DNA of 64,000 nucleotides from Escherichia coli (GCF_003334255.1 NZ_QOWU01000014.1), one strand, 5' to 3'. Counted from the stretch's first letter, positions 1-14,830 are shown. Notes: generated by a model from the sequence alone, not told the origin. Translations and numbers: made by a program.

Positions 1-325
1 TAACACTCTACTGGCGCTGGGCAACAACGATCAACGTCCCGATTACGTGTGGCACGAAGGCACGGCATTCCACCTCTTTAATCTGCAAGACGGGCATGAA
101 GCCGTCTGTGAAGTGCCCGCTGCTGACGGATCGGTGATCTTTACTTTAAAAGCAGCACGTACTGGCAACACGATTACTGTGACTGGTGCGGGCGAGGCGA
201 AGAACTGGACACTGTGCCTGCGCAATGTTGTGAAAGTAAATGGTCTGCAAGACGGTTCGCAGGCTGAAAGTGAGCAGGGGCTGGTGGTGAAGCCTCAAGG
301 GAATGCGCTGACAATTACGTTGTAA
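1..325 (+). CDS. yicI: 3' end of alpha-xylosidase-like gene (GH31), partial at window edge
   Basis: ORF runs in from window start in frame and stops at 323-325; convergent with yicH as in E. coli gene order; product assigned from context and recalled C-terminus, not verified. Confidence 0.55.
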   Translation, partial: NTLLALGNNDQRPDYVWHEGTAFHLFNLQDGHEAVCEVPAADGSVIFTLKAARTGNTITVTGAGEAKNWTLCLRNVVKVNGLQDGSQAESEQGLVVKPQGNALTITL

Positions 326-377
326 TCTATTGATGGAATGCCGGGTACGTCTGAGTCGTACCCGGCGAGATTGATGT

Positions 378-2087
378 TTACCGCACCGGCTCCGTCGATG
401 TAACTTCACCGCTGGAAACGATGCCAGCATTCATGGTTTGAGTCACTTGCTGCTTTGCGGCGTTCACGGCATGCAATTGCCCGCTAACCGTAGGTTTCAA
501 CGGGACATTGGCCTGAATATCGCCACTGGCGGTAAGCTGAATATTGCCGTCGCCAGTCAACGGTAATTCAGGCCATCCCCACTGTTGCAAAATATTCACC
601 GGCACACCGCGTCCATTCAGGCTGATATGTGTCTGACGTTGTGGCGTTTGTGAAACACTGGCGGTGGCTTCCAGAATGCCTTTTTCAGTAAATGCACTCA
701 GTTCGCTGATATTCACCGTGCTGCTGTTGGCGGTCAGCGCCAGCGACGGGCGACGAACATCAACACGATTGAATGTCGCGGCGGCGGCATTCAGATTCGC
801 CGAGCCACTCCAGACGCCCCATTTATGATCGGTAACCAGCGTCAGGTTGGCACCGTAACCATCGAGCGCGGTGAGCTGCCACGGGAAGTCAGGGTCGATA
901 TCAATGATCAGATTGCGGCTGGCGCTAAATCTCTTCAGTTGCAGGCTGTTTAACCAACCGGGTGTCGTTTCCATCCACAACTGTTGCCAGTTTTTCGGCA
1001 AGGTATATTCCAGCCCGGCAATTGCCGCATCATCAAGGATCAACGTTTTCCCGTCACGCAGCCAGTTCCCTGACGTTCTGACCATACCCCCTTCCCAGCG
1101 GCTGGTGAACTGGCGCAGCGCTACGCCCTGCGGGGAAAATTCCGTGTTTATAATCGGGTCAAATAAATGCAGCGAACCATAAATGAACTCGCTAGCGTTC
1201 ATCGACAGTTTGCCTTCCTGTGTCTGCCAGTCATCTTTACTGAAGGTCATGTTGCGCAAGCTGAGATCGAGGTCGGTCACCGCCCAGTCCGGACCTTGCA
1301 AACGAGCATCGATCACTTCCAGGCGACCAATCTGCAACGACGGGACAGAGCGTAATGGCGCAAAGAAGTCGGTTAGCGATTTTTCGCTTTGTAGACGTAT
1401 ATCCGCCATGCGCAGGTTTTCCACTTGCCAGCTGCCGTCGGCGTTACGCTGCGCGTTTCCGGTTAATGTCCCGCGGGCGATGTCGGCACCCAGGTTAGTC
1501 AGCGTAACGCGATCGTTATCAATACTGCCTTCAATCAGTACATTGGTGGCAGGAACATCATTGAGCGAAAGCGATCCGGCACTAAACTGAATCTGCGCCT
1601 TCGTACCCAGCACTTTACCGGCTTTTGGTGACCACGGAACTACGCCGCCATTTACCCGCTGCGCGCTCAGTTTCCATTCGCTATTCGGGCTATTAAACGC
1701 CATATCACGCAGTTGCAGACGATCGGCTTTGAACGGTAGCGGCGCGGTCTGGTCGGTGAGATTCAGCGTCCCGTTTTCCAGCAGGATGGTATCGACATGG
1801 CGTGGTTCGGTCAGTTGCCGACTGCTTAGCGCAATGTCGACACTTTTGGCCACCAGGGTCGCGGGCTGGCCATCACGACCAAACGTGACGTTCTCCAGCA
1901 CGATATGAGATGGCGCGGAAAAACGGTGATCCATCGCCCCGAAGGCCAGATGATAGTCGCTATTCTCGGAAACCCATGCGCTGATATGTTCTGCTCCCCA
2001 GCGGGTTTGCAGAAGAAAATAGAGGCCAGCGATCGCCACTAACAGAGCGATGAGAATGTAGAGAAGCAGCTTCCCAATAAATTTCAT
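378..2087 (-). CDS. yicH: AsmA-family outer membrane assembly-like protein
   Basis: 577-aa ORF; internal ATG 8 codons in gives 569 aa starting MKFIGKLLLYILIALL with N-terminal membrane anchor; start refined by arithmetic on the ORF track. Confidence 0.85.
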   Translation of the reverse strand: MKFIGKLLLYILIALLVAIAGLYFLLQTRWGAEHISAWVSENSDYHLAFGAMDHRFSAPSHIVLENVTFGRDGQPATLVAKSVDIALSSRQLTEPRHVDTILLENGTLNLTDQTAPLPFKADRLQLRDMAFNSPNSEWKLSAQRVNGGVVPWSPKAGKVLGTKAQIQFSAGSLSLNDVPATNVLIEGSIDNDRVTLTNLGADIARGTLTGNAQRNADGSWQVENLRMADIRLQSEKSLTDFFAPLRSVPSLQIGRLEVIDARLQGPDWAVTDLDLSLRNMTFSKDDWQTQEGKLSMNASEFIYGSLHLFDPIINTEFSPQGVALRQFTSRWEGGMVRTSGNWLRDGKTLILDDAAIAGLEYTLPKNWQQLWMETTPGWLNSLQLKRFSASRNLIIDIDPDFPWQLTALDGYGANLTLVTDHKWGVWSGSANLNAAAATFNRVDVRRPSLALTANSSTVNISELSAFTEKGILEATASVSQTPQRQTHISLNGRGVPVNILQQWGWPELPLTGDGNIQLTASGDIQANVPLKPTVSGQLHAVNAAKQQVTQTMNAGIVSSGEVTSTEPVR

Positions 2088-2207
2088 GGTCTTCCATCCC
2101 GTGAAATGCACATAAGGGAGTTATGCACGATTTACGCGCAATCCTCAAGGCGGGAATGGTTAAAGAGGTGAGACTGCGGCGGTAATTATCTTACCGCCGC
2201 CAGTGAA

Positions 2208-3599
2208 TTACTGTTTTTCTGGTGGGAAAATCAGATTCAGCACGATGGCAGTAATACCGCCCGCGGCGATCCCGGAGGAGAGCAGGTTTTTCAGCCATTC
2301 AGGGGCAAACTGCAAAATCAGCGGCTGCTGAGACACGCCCAGACCAACCGCCAGCGACAGCGCGATAATCAGAATCGCCCGACGGTTCAGCGGCTCACGA
2401 GAAACGATACGCACACCGGAGGCGGCGATGGTGCCAAACATTACAAGCGTTGCGCCGCCCAGAACCGGTTCTGGAATGTGTTGTACAAAACCGCTCACTG
2501 CCGGGAACAGACCCAGCACGATCAACATCAGCGCGACGACAAAACCGACATAGCGGCTGGCAACACCAGTCAACTGGATCACTCCGTTGTTTTGCCCGAA
2601 GCAGGAGTTCGGGAAGGTGTTAAACACCGCCGAAACAAACGAGTTCAGGCCGTTTGCCAGCACGCCGCCTTTCAGGCGTTTCATGTACAGCGGACCGGAC
2701 ACTGGCTGTTCGGAAACGTCAGAGGTCGCCGTGATATCGCCAATGGTTTCCAGCGAAGTGATCATAAAGACCAGCATCAGCGGCAGCAGCAGACTCCATT
2801 CAATGCCAAGACCGTAATAGAGCGGCGTTGGCACCATAATCAGTTCTTGCGTCATAGGTTCGTTGCTTTCTGGCAACATGCCCATAAACCACGCCAGCGC
2901 ATATCCGGCCGCCATCGCAATTACCAGTGAGGCCACGCGTAAGTAAGGGTTACGTTGACGGTTAAGCAGGATAATTAAGGCTAAGACCACGCCTGCCAGC
3001 AGCAGATTTTTCGGTGCGCCGAAGGTGTTATCGCTCATGGCTGCGTAACCGCCGCCAATGGACGTTAACCCAACCTGAATTAGCGACAGGCCGATAATCA
3101 TCACCACAACGCCAGAAACCAGCGGCGTAATAATGCGGCGCGCCAGATGCAGAACGCGGGAGATCACCATCTCGGTGCAACTTGCCAGCATCAACGTGCC
3201 GAACAAAGCCGCCATCATGGTAGGAACATCAGCACCACCGGTTTTCAGCGCGGTACCGCCCATAATCAGCGGGGCAACAAAGTTGAAGCTGGTGCCCTGA
3301 ATAGACAACAGCCCGGAGCCAACCGGACCCCAGGCCTTAATTTGAATAATCGATGCCACACCGGAGGCAAACAGCGACATACTAATAATGTGTTGCGTGT
3401 CTTGTGCCGGTAAACCCAGCGCCTGGCAGATTAATAGCGCTGGCGTGATCACCGCAACGAACATCGCCAGCAGATGCTGACAGGCGGCAAACAGGGTTTG
3501 AGGAAGCGGCGGACGATCTTCAAGACGGTAAATCAGTTCGCTGTTTTGAGTCTGCGCAACCGGTTGCGCATTTTCTGACTCGAGGGTGGAAACAGACAT
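2208..3599 (-). CDS. xanP: xanthine permease (NCS2 family)
   Basis: polytopic membrane ORF; ATG 3 codons inside track ORF gives 463 aa starting [12 protein letters not shown]. Confidence 0.85.
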
Positions 3600-3878
3600 C
3601 GAAAACAATCCCGTGGTAGCAAAGCGGGCATTTTAGCTGACCGAAAGAGAAAAGCAAACGTTTGCCACATCCTCATCTAAATATTTAAATGAGATAAATG
3701 CACTTTTTTATATAACTTTTGGTATTTTTCTGCTTAAAATCCATGCCATTTGTTCATTAACAGCTGAGAATTTGACCCAGGAAAGCATAACTCGATACCC
3801 GTCATAGTTCATGAAGTTGCCACTGCGCGATGAAGTATGACGAGTATGAAAGAGTGATGCGGATACAAAGGAGTAACT

Positions 3879-5084
3879 ATGTTTCATCTCGATACTTTAG
3901 CAACGCTTGTTGCCGCAACGCTGACGTTGCTGCTCGGGCGTAAGTTGGTCCATTCCGTCTCCTTTTTGAAGAAATACACCATACCGGAACCTGTTGCGGG
4001 TGGTTTGTTGGTGGCGCTGGCGCTACTAGTACTGAAAAAAAGCATGGGCTGGGAAGTCAACTTTGATATGTCCCTGCGCGATCCGTTAATGCTGGCTTTC
4101 TTCGCCACCATTGGCCTGAACGCCAACATTGCCAGTTTGCGTGCCGGTGGGCGTGTGGTTGGCATCTTCTTGATTGTGGTTGTTGGTCTGTTGGTGATGC
4201 AAAATGCCATTGGCATTGGTATGGCTAGCTTGTTAGGGCTTGATCCGCTGATGGGGCTGTTGGCCGGTTCTATTACGCTTTCCGGCGGTCACGGTACGGG
4301 CGCTGCGTGGAGTAAATTGTTCATTGAACGTTATGGCTTCACCAATGCGACGGAAGTGGCGATGGCCTGTGCAACGTTCGGTCTGGTGCTGGGCGGCTTG
4401 ATTGGCGGTCCGGTGGCGCGCTATCTGGTGAAACACTCCACCACGCCGAACGGTATTCCGGATGACCAGGAAGTCCCGACGGCGTTTGAAAAGCCGGATG
4501 TGGGACGCATGATCACCTCGTTGGTGCTGATTGAAACTATCGCGCTGATTGCTATCTGCCTGACGGTGGGGAAAATTGTTGCGCAACTTTTGGCTGGCAC
4601 TGCTTTTGAACTGCCGACCTTCGTCTGTGTACTGTTTGTTGGCGTGATTCTGAGCAACGGTCTGTCAATAATGGGCTTTTACCGCGTCTTTGAGCGTGCG
4701 GTATCCGTGCTGGGTAACGTAAGCTTGTCGTTGTTCCTGGCGATGGCGTTGATGGGGCTGAAACTGTGGGAGCTGGCTTCGCTGGCGCTGCCGATGCTGG
4801 CGATTCTGGTGGTACAGACCATCTTCATGGCGTTGTATGCCATCTTCGTTACCTGGCGCATGATGGGCAAAAACTACGATGCGGCAGTGCTGGCTGCGGG
4901 TCACTGTGGTTTTGGCCTCGGTGCAACGCCAACGGCAATCGCCAACATGCAGGCGATCACTGAACGCTTTGGCCCGTCGCACATGGCGTTTTTGGTGGTG
5001 CCGATGGTCGGTGCGTTCTTTATCGATATCGTCAATGCGCTGGTAATTAAGTTGTATTTGATGTTGCCGATTTTTGCCGGTTAA
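3879..5084 (+). CDS. gltS: sodium/glutamate symporter
   Basis: 401-aa polytopic membrane protein, N-terminus MFHLDTLATLVAATLTLLLGRKL. Confidence 0.9.
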   Translation: MFHLDTLATLVAATLTLLLGRKLVHSVSFLKKYTIPEPVAGGLLVALALLVLKKSMGWEVNFDMSLRDPLMLAFFATIGLNANIASLRAGGRVVGIFLIVVVGLLVMQNAIGIGMASLLGLDPLMGLLAGSITLSGGHGTGAAWSKLFIERYGFTNATEVAMACATFGLVLGGLIGGPVARYLVKHSTTPNGIPDDQEVPTAFEKPDVGRMITSLVLIETIALIAICLTVGKIVAQLLAGTAFELPTFVCVLFVGVILSNGLSIMGFYRVFERAVSVLGNVSLSLFLAMALMGLKLWELASLALPMLAILVVQTIFMALYAIFVTWRMMGKNYDAAVLAAGHCGFGLGATPTAIANMQAITERFGPSHMAFLVVPMVGAFFIDIVNALVIKLYLMLPIFAG

Positions 5085-5252
5085 CCGATGAAGCGGCGGT
5101 AGAAGTGCCGCCGCAACAAAGACAAATGCCTGATACGCTTCGCTTATCAAGCCTGCGTATTGATTCATAATTTATTGAATTTGTAGGGTGATGAATCGCA
5201 TCCGGCAGGAAGGTAGGGTAACCTGAAATGGCGGTCTTCTCACTGCCGCCTT

Positions 5253-7334
5253 TTACGCATTCGAGTAACGTTCCGTCTCCGGCATCCAGCGTTCTATCAG
5301 GGCTTTTGCCTGTTGTGGGTAACGTTCGTGAATATGGCGTGCCAGGCGCTGAACTTCCGGGATCATCGCCTGATCGCGCAGTAAATCCGCCACTTTAAAT
5401 TCAGCATTACCCGTCTGACGCGTGCCTAACAATTCGCCAGGGCCGCGAATCTCCAGATCTTTTTGCGCAATCACAAAACCGTCGTTACTGTCGCGCAGCA
5501 CTTGCAGGCGAATTTGCGCCGTTTTAGAAAGCGGCGTTTTGTAGAGCAGCACGCAGTGAGAAGCCACCGCGCCACGACCTACGCGCCCGCGCAGCTGGTG
5601 TAACTGCGCCAGACCCAGACGCTCCGGGTTTTCGATAATCATCAGACTGGCGTTAGGCACATCAACGCCGACTTCAATAACGGTTGTGGCAACCAGCAGG
5701 TGTAGCTCACCTTGTTTAAACGACGCCATCACCGCCTGTTTCTCGGCAGGTTTCATCCGCCCGTGTACCAGGCCAACGTTCAACTCTGGTAGCGCCAGTT
5801 TCAACTCTTCCCAGGTAGCTTCCGCCGCCTGCGCTTCCAGCAATTCCGACTCTTCAATCAACGTACAAACCCAGTATGCCTGACGACCTTCAGTTATGCA
5901 GGCGTGGTGCACGCGGTCAATGATGTCGGTACGGCGGGTATCAGGAATAGCGACCGTAGTCACTGGCGTGCGGCCTGGCGGCAGCTCATCTATCACCGAG
6001 GTATCGAGATCGGCATACGCAGTCATTGCCAGCGTGCGGGGGATCGGCGTGGCGGTCATGATCAACTGATGCGGATGGAAGCCCTGCTGCTGGCCTTTCT
6101 CCCACAATGCCAGACGCTGATGCACGCCAAAACGATGCTGTTCGTCGATAATCACCAGCGCCAGGCCGTTAAACTGCACCTGTTCCTGGAAGATGGCGTG
6201 TGTACCGACAATCATCTGCACCTGACCGCTGGCGATGGCTTCCTGCTGTGCCAGCCGTGCTTTACCTTTCTGCTTACCGGCGAGCCAGCCCACTTCGATA
6301 CCGAGCGGTGCAAACCAGTTGCGGAAGTTATTGGCGTGCTGCTCGGCGAGTAATTCGGTTGGTGCCATCAATGCTACCTGTTTGCCGTGGGCAATCGCAC
6401 GCAACGCGGCGAGGGCGGCGACCAGCGTTTTACCGGAACCTACATCGCCCTGCACCAGACGCATCATCGGCACATCCAGCGCCATATCGCGCTCGATCTC
6501 CGCCACTACGCGTGCCTGTGCGCCCGTTGGCTTGAACGGTAAGGCGGCGAGGAGTTTATTTTTCAGCGTGTCATTGGCGCTCAGCGGCTGGGCATGAAAA
6601 CGCTGTGCTCCGGCACGTAAGGCTAACATGCTGAGGTTGTGCGCCAGCAGTTCTTCCAGAATCAGACGACGTTGCGCCGGATGCTGCCCGGTTTCCAGAT
6701 CGCTAAGCTGTAGCGTCGGTGGCGGGCGGTGCAAAGTGCGCAACGCTTCCGGTAGCGTCATCATTCCTTGTGACAGTTCCGGCGGCAGGAGTTCTTCAAT
6801 GGCGCAGGTGTCGAGCAGATCCAGCGCCTGGTCGGTTAATTTACGCAGCGTGGCCTGCTTTACGCCTTCCGTTGTTGGATAAACCGGCGTGAGCGTTTCC
6901 TGTAATTCTGGCGTGCTGAGATCGCCCTGCACGCGGTATTCCGGGTGGATCATCTCCGCACCATATTTACCGCGCTTTGCTTCGCCATAAGCCAGTACAC
7001 GGCGGCCCGCCGCCAGGCTATTTTTCATTGCCGCGCTGAAATTGAAAAAGCGCATGGTGAGGATGCCGGAACCGTCGCTGATCTGGCAGGTCATCATCCG
7101 CCGACCGCCGAAGGAGATATTGCAGTTCAGCACTTCGCCTTCCACCGTGGCATAAACGCCCGGCAGTAGTTCTCCGATGGGGTAGAGATGGGTGCGATCT
7201 TCGTAGCGCAGGGGAAGGTGTAAGAGTAGATCCTGCACGGTATGCAGGTTGATTTTCGCCAGTTTGTTACTAAGTGCTGCGCCAACGCCCGTTAGGGAAC
7301 TGAGTGGGACAGCATCTAACAGGCGACCTTTCAT
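5253..7334 (-). CDS. recG: ATP-dependent DNA helicase RecG
   Basis: 693 aa from internal ATG (MKGRLLDAVPLSSLTGVG); Walker A GSGKT and DEQHRFG helicase motifs present in translation. Confidence 0.93.
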   Translation of the reverse strand: MKGRLLDAVPLSSLTGVGAALSNKLAKINLHTVQDLLLHLPLRYEDRTHLYPIGELLPGVYATVEGEVLNCNISFGGRRMMTCQISDGSGILTMRFFNFSAAMKNSLAAGRRVLAYGEAKRGKYGAEMIHPEYRVQGDLSTPELQETLTPVYPTTEGVKQATLRKLTDQALDLLDTCAIEELLPPELSQGMMTLPEALRTLHRPPPTLQLSDLETGQHPAQRRLILEELLAHNLSMLALRAGAQRFHAQPLSANDTLKNKLLAALPFKPTGAQARVVAEIERDMALDVPMMRLVQGDVGSGKTLVAALAALRAIAHGKQVALMAPTELLAEQHANNFRNWFAPLGIEVGWLAGKQKGKARLAQQEAIASGQVQMIVGTHAIFQEQVQFNGLALVIIDEQHRFGVHQRLALWEKGQQQGFHPHQLIMTATPIPRTLAMTAYADLDTSVIDELPPGRTPVTTVAIPDTRRTDIIDRVHHACITEGRQAYWVCTLIEESELLEAQAAEATWEELKLALPELNVGLVHGRMKPAEKQAVMASFKQGELHLLVATTVIEVGVDVPNASLMIIENPERLGLAQLHQLRGRVGRGAVASHCVLLYKTPLSKTAQIRLQVLRDSNDGFVIAQKDLEIRGPGELLGTRQTGNAEFKVADLLRDQAMIPEVQRLARHIHERYPQQAKALIERWMPETERYSNA

Positions 7335-7339
7335 GGCAC

Positions 7340-8029
7340 TTACCCTGCAGCCTGCATAGTAGCCCACCAGTCGGCATCAGCTTCGATCTCGCCTTGCTGA
7401 TTGACGTGGGGATAAGGCAGGCCTTTGCGTTTTGCGACTTTCGCCAGCACCGGATAGCCGCCTTCAAACAACAGGCGTTGTTGCTCTGCTTCCGGCAACA
7501 TGCTGTTTTCACGCAGGTACATGCCTGCATTTTGCCGCTGACGCTGGGCTTCGTAAAGAATGAGGGCTGAGGCAACGGAAACATTCAGCGACTGCACCAT
7601 GCCGATCATCGGAATGATGATGTCCTGATCCGCCAGGGCCAATGCTTCCTGCGTGATGCCCGTTTTCTCCTGTCCCATCAAAATGCAGGTCGGGCGAGTG
7701 TAATCAATTTCGCGGAAATCGACAGCGTTATCAGAAAGATGGGTTGCCAGAATCTGCATGCCCTGGCCTTTGAGATGAGCGACGGCATCGCCAATGGTGC
7801 GGTGTGTTTTCACCTGTACCCAGCTGTTACTACCCGCCGCTGCCGAAGCCATGGTGCGCATGCGGCTACCAGGCCAGACGGCGTGAACTTCATGTACGCC
7901 AACGGCATCTGCGGTACGAATAATCGCAGAAACGTTATGAGGTTTGTGGACCTGCTCCATGCAGACGGTCAGATCAGGCTGCCGCCTGGCGAGCATTTCG
8001 CAGATGCGTGCATAACGTGTTGGGTTCAT
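7340..8029 (-). CDS. trmH: tRNA (Gm18) 2'-O-methyltransferase
   Basis: 229-aa SpoU-family ORF between spoT and recG, same strand, 5-bp gap to recG. Confidence 0.9.
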   Translation of the reverse strand: MNPTRYARICEMLARRQPDLTVCMEQVHKPHNVSAIIRTADAVGVHEVHAVWPGSRMRTMASAAAGSNSWVQVKTHRTIGDAVAHLKGQGMQILATHLSDNAVDFREIDYTRPTCILMGQEKTGITQEALALADQDIIIPMIGMVQSLNVSVASALILYEAQRQRQNAGMYLRENSMLPEAEQQRLLFEGGYPVLAKVAKRKGLPYPHVNQQGEIEADADWWATMQAAG

Positions 8030-8035
8030 AAAACA

Positions 8036-10144
8036 TTAATTTCGGTTTCGGGTGACTTTAATCACGTCTGGCATCACGCGGATTTTGCGCATGATATTCG
8101 CCAGATGCACACGGTCACGAGCGGTCAGACGAATAAAGGCGCTGTAGACGCGACCATCTTTCTCTTCCGTATTCAAACTTTGAATATTCGAAGTCGTGGT
8201 GTTAATTGCCGCCGTCAGGTTTGCCAGCGCACCCTGATGATTGAACATCTCCACCTTGATTTCGGTGATGAACTCCTGCGCCGTCTCTTTATCCCATTCC
8301 ACAGCCATAAACTTCTCTGGCTCTTTCTGGTAGCCACGGATATTACGGCAGGATTCATGGTGGATCACCAGACCTTTACCGGGGCTGACGTGGGCGATAA
8401 TCGGGTCGCCAGGAATAGGGCGGCAGCATTTCGCAAAGGTGATCAGCACGCCATCGGCACCTTTAATGGGCAGATGTCCGTGGCTTTGGGTTGCCGGTGG
8501 AATGGAGGCGTCCCCATGTTGCAGATTTTTCGCGACCACCACGCTCATTGCGTTACCAAGTCCGATTTCTGCCAGCAGATCGTCAAGCGTTGCCAGCTTC
8601 ATGCGATCCAGCTCGCGCTGAATATTTTCCTGCGGGATTTCATTCAGCTTACGGCTACCACCCAAAGCATGGTTGAGCAGACGACGGCCCAGGCTTACAG
8701 AATCATCACGCTTGAGGTTTTTCAGCAACTGACGAATTTTGGCGCGCGCTTTCGAGCTAACGACAAAGTTCAGCCAAGCGGCATTCGGGCGAGCGCCCGG
8801 AGCGGTAATGATTTCAACGGTTTGACCGCTGGTAAGCGGCTGCGACAGCGGGTAAGGCTGGCGGTCAACGCGTGCGCCCACGCAGGCATGACCGATATCG
8901 GTATGCACTGCATAAGCGAAGTCGACGGGCGTTGCACCGGCAGGCAGCTCGACAATGCGCCCTTCCGGTGTGAAAACGTAAATCTCATCCGGGAAGAGAT
9001 CGGATTTAACGCTCTCGATAAATTCAAACGAACTACCGGCGCTCTGTTGCAGCTCCAGCAGGCTTTGCATCCAGCGCTGGGCGCGGATTTGTGCGGTAGT
9101 ACTGGTTTCGCCGTGCTCTTTATAAGCCCAGTGCGCGGCAACACCCATCTCCGCCATCTGGTCCATATCTTCGGTACGGATCTGGACCTCAACCGGCACA
9201 CCGTGCGGGCCGATCATCGAGGTGTGCAAAGACTGATAGCCGTTCGCTTTTGGAATGGCGATATAGTCTTTCACGCGGCCCGGACGCGGCTTGTACAGGC
9301 TGTGCATCTGGCCCAGCACGCGATAACAGGTGTCAGAATCATTGACGATCACGCGGAAAGCGTAGATGTCCATGATCGAGTGAAAACGCTGCTCTTTGAG
9401 CACCATTTTGCAGTAAATCGAATAAAGATGCTTCTCGCGACCACTGACGCGGCACGGTATTCCCGCTTCCTGCAAACGCCCTTCGATTTCAGAAAGAATC
9501 TTCTGGATCATCTCTTTACGGTTGCCGCGCGCGGCTTTCACCACTTCTTTGATTACGCGATAACGGTTGGGATACAGCGCCTCAAAACCCAGCTCTTCGA
9601 GTTCGGTTTTAATGTGGTGGATACCTAAACGGTGCGCCAGCGGGCTATAAATTTCGAGAGTTTCACGGGCGATGCGGCGACGTTTGTCCGGGCGAAGTGA
9701 GCCCAGCGTGCGCATGTTGTGGGTACGGTCGGCAAGTTTGATGAGGATGACGCGGATATCCTGCACCATCGCCATAATCATCTTGCGAAAGTTTTCGGCC
9801 TGCGCCTCTTTCTTATCGCGGAACTTGAGTTTATCAAGTTTCGACACCCCCTCTACCAGCTCGGCGACGCTTTTACCAAAAAGCTGTTCCATATCCTGGT
9901 AGGTGGCGGGAGTATCTTCAATCACGTCATGCAGCAGCGCCGCCATCAGCGTTTCATAGTCGAGTTTCATCTCGGCCAGAATGCAGGCAACCGCTACCGG
10001 GTGCGTGATATAGGGTTCACCGCTTGAACGTGTTTGCCCCTCGTGAGCATCACGTGCAACGAGATACGCCTGCCGCAGACGCTTGATTTGGTCTTCCGGC
10101 AGGTAGGTTTGAATCAGTTGATTCAGGCTTTCAAACAGATACAA
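8036..10144 (-). CDS. spoT: bifunctional (p)ppGpp synthetase/hydrolase SpoT
   Basis: 702 aa, N-terminus MYLFESLNQLIQTYLPEDQIKRLRQAY, HD domain motif HDVIEDT present. Confidence 0.95.
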   Translation of the reverse strand: MYLFESLNQLIQTYLPEDQIKRLRQAYLVARDAHEGQTRSSGEPYITHPVAVACILAEMKLDYETLMAALLHDVIEDTPATYQDMEQLFGKSVAELVEGVSKLDKLKFRDKKEAQAENFRKMIMAMVQDIRVILIKLADRTHNMRTLGSLRPDKRRRIARETLEIYSPLAHRLGIHHIKTELEELGFEALYPNRYRVIKEVVKAARGNRKEMIQKILSEIEGRLQEAGIPCRVSGREKHLYSIYCKMVLKEQRFHSIMDIYAFRVIVNDSDTCYRVLGQMHSLYKPRPGRVKDYIAIPKANGYQSLHTSMIGPHGVPVEVQIRTEDMDQMAEMGVAAHWAYKEHGETSTTAQIRAQRWMQSLLELQQSAGSSFEFIESVKSDLFPDEIYVFTPEGRIVELPAGATPVDFAYAVHTDIGHACVGARVDRQPYPLSQPLTSGQTVEIITAPGARPNAAWLNFVVSSKARAKIRQLLKNLKRDDSVSLGRRLLNHALGGSRKLNEIPQENIQRELDRMKLATLDDLLAEIGLGNAMSVVVAKNLQHGDASIPPATQSHGHLPIKGADGVLITFAKCCRPIPGDPIIAHVSPGKGLVIHHESCRNIRGYQKEPEKFMAVEWDKETAQEFITEIKVEMFNHQGALANLTAAINTTTSNIQSLNTEEKDGRVYSAFIRLTARDRVHLANIMRKIRVMPDVIKVTRNRN

Positions 10145-10162
10145 GGGCGACCCGCTTTGTGA

Positions 10163-10438
10163 TTAACGACGACCTTCAGCAATAGCGGTAACGGCTTGTA
10201 ATTCAGCGGCTTCCTGCTCTTGCTGTTCCTGGCGTTCGCGAACGTCGAGGATCTGGTTGTTGATCAGACCTTCTTCGATTTCGCGCAGCGCGATTACAGT
10301 GGTTTTATCGTTTTCTTCCGGTACCAGCGGATCCTTTCCGCCTACCTGCATCTGACGAGCGCGACGCGCGGCGACCAGTACCAGGTCAAAACGGTTACCA
10401 ATTTTCTCTACAGCGTCCTGAACAGTTACGCGTGCCAT
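10163..10438 (-). CDS. rpoZ: RNA polymerase omega subunit
   Basis: 91 aa [29 protein letters not shown], immediately upstream of spoT. Confidence 0.95.
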
Positions 10439-10492
10439 ACTTAAAAAGCTCCACAGGTGAAGAAATGACTGGGCATGATACTGAAATCAGGT

Positions 10493-13670
<3,178 letters not shown>

Positions 13671-13960
13671 GGTTCTCTCCCTAAAAATCTGTCTGGCAGG
13701 GTAGCGATTTGTGCGCATTGTCACGATTGAGATTTTTTAAGGTGAGGGGAAATTGATAACTTGTAGTTATGTGAAATCGCTATTTTCTGTAGCAGAGATG
13801 CATTCTTCTGACTTCTTGTCTGAGAAAATGCATAAGAAAAAATAGGTTAAAACTGAGGGGGGAAAAGAAAGGTGCAATATTTAGCCATTGTGTTCACTGC
13901 ACCTGGACCTTGGCTTACGCATCGGGTGTCTCAATCAACAAAAAGAGTTTTTAGTTTCTG

Positions 13961-14785
13961 CTATTTCTTCTCTGTAATTTTTACACTGTTTTCCAACTGC
14001 TTGATGCTGACCTGCGGGGTCGGCAACTCCTCAGGCATGGTTCCGCCAAGTTCCTGAATGGTTTGCCTCACCTTGCGACCCACGTCAAAGTGTGTGGTGT
14101 TTGCTTGCTGTTTTGAATTCACGCCATCCCGCTTGAGTTTTTCTTCTGTTTGGGTAGCTCGAAAGAGATTAGCCGCCAGTTCTGTTGAACCCATATGATC
14201 CAGGATCTTCTGATTCTTTTTCAGCCCCTTCCGCTGATGAATAGCTTTCTGATCTAATCCACCATACAGCCCCCGGTAACCATGATTCTGAAATATGGCG
14301 AAATCGATAGCTGTCGCTCCCCCAGCTTGCTGCGCTGCCTCAACCAATTGTTTGTTATGTTCTTTCAATTCATTTCTCAGAAAAAGACGCTTTTCGTCTT
14401 CACGAAGTTGCCTGAAAGCTTCATCGTCAGCCAGCTCCTGCCGTCGGGTCTGGATAGCAAAATAAGTTTGCCCTGCCGCAATAACCGGTTTCGCAGGGTC
14501 GCCGTTTTGTACTACCAGGTAACAGGCATAGCGGGAGAGATGAACATCTTCAAGTTCTCGTTGAGCCCCTGAACCTAATACAACCATTTTGGTGGTTTCA
14601 ACGAAATGGTCAGATGCAGCTTGATTGCTGGCTTCGCACGCTTGAGTCGCGCGGGCCAGTACCTTTTGAAAATTGCGCCAGTCCCGATAATCCAGTAACG
14701 GTGCCAATTCTCTAGCTGACCAAAATTCTTGCCCTTCAGTGCCATAATGCCGTATTTCTTCAAAAGGTTGATGATGTTCGTTCAT
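13961..14785 (-). CDS. dinD: DNA damage-inducible protein D
   Basis: 274 aa from internal ATG (MNEHHQPFEEIRHYG); LexA-box-like palindrome upstream. Confidence 0.85.
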   Translation of the reverse strand: MNEHHQPFEEIRHYGTEGQEFWSARELAPLLDYRDWRNFQKVLARATQACEASNQAASDHFVETTKMVVLGSGAQRELEDVHLSRYACYLVVQNGDPAKPVIAAGQTYFAIQTRRQELADDEAFRQLREDEKRLFLRNELKEHNKQLVEAAQQAGGATAIDFAIFQNHGYRGLYGGLDQKAIHQRKGLKKNQKILDHMGSTELAANLFRATQTEEKLKRDGVNSKQQANTTHFDVGRKVRQTIQELGGTMPEELPTPQVSIKQLENSVKITEKK

Positions 14786-14830
14786 TGCCCACTCCATGTG
14801 ATATCGATTGCAAAGAAAGTAAATCTGTAA

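Noticed and set aside
5085-5252. Possible REP element in the gltS-recG convergent gap
   Set aside because: Only a degenerate resemblance to the REP consensus; more simply two terminator-like hairpins.
7739-9628. 629-aa ORF on the plus strand
   Set aside because: Lies entirely antisense to spoT, which has a strongly recognisable product; typical spurious long antisense ORF.
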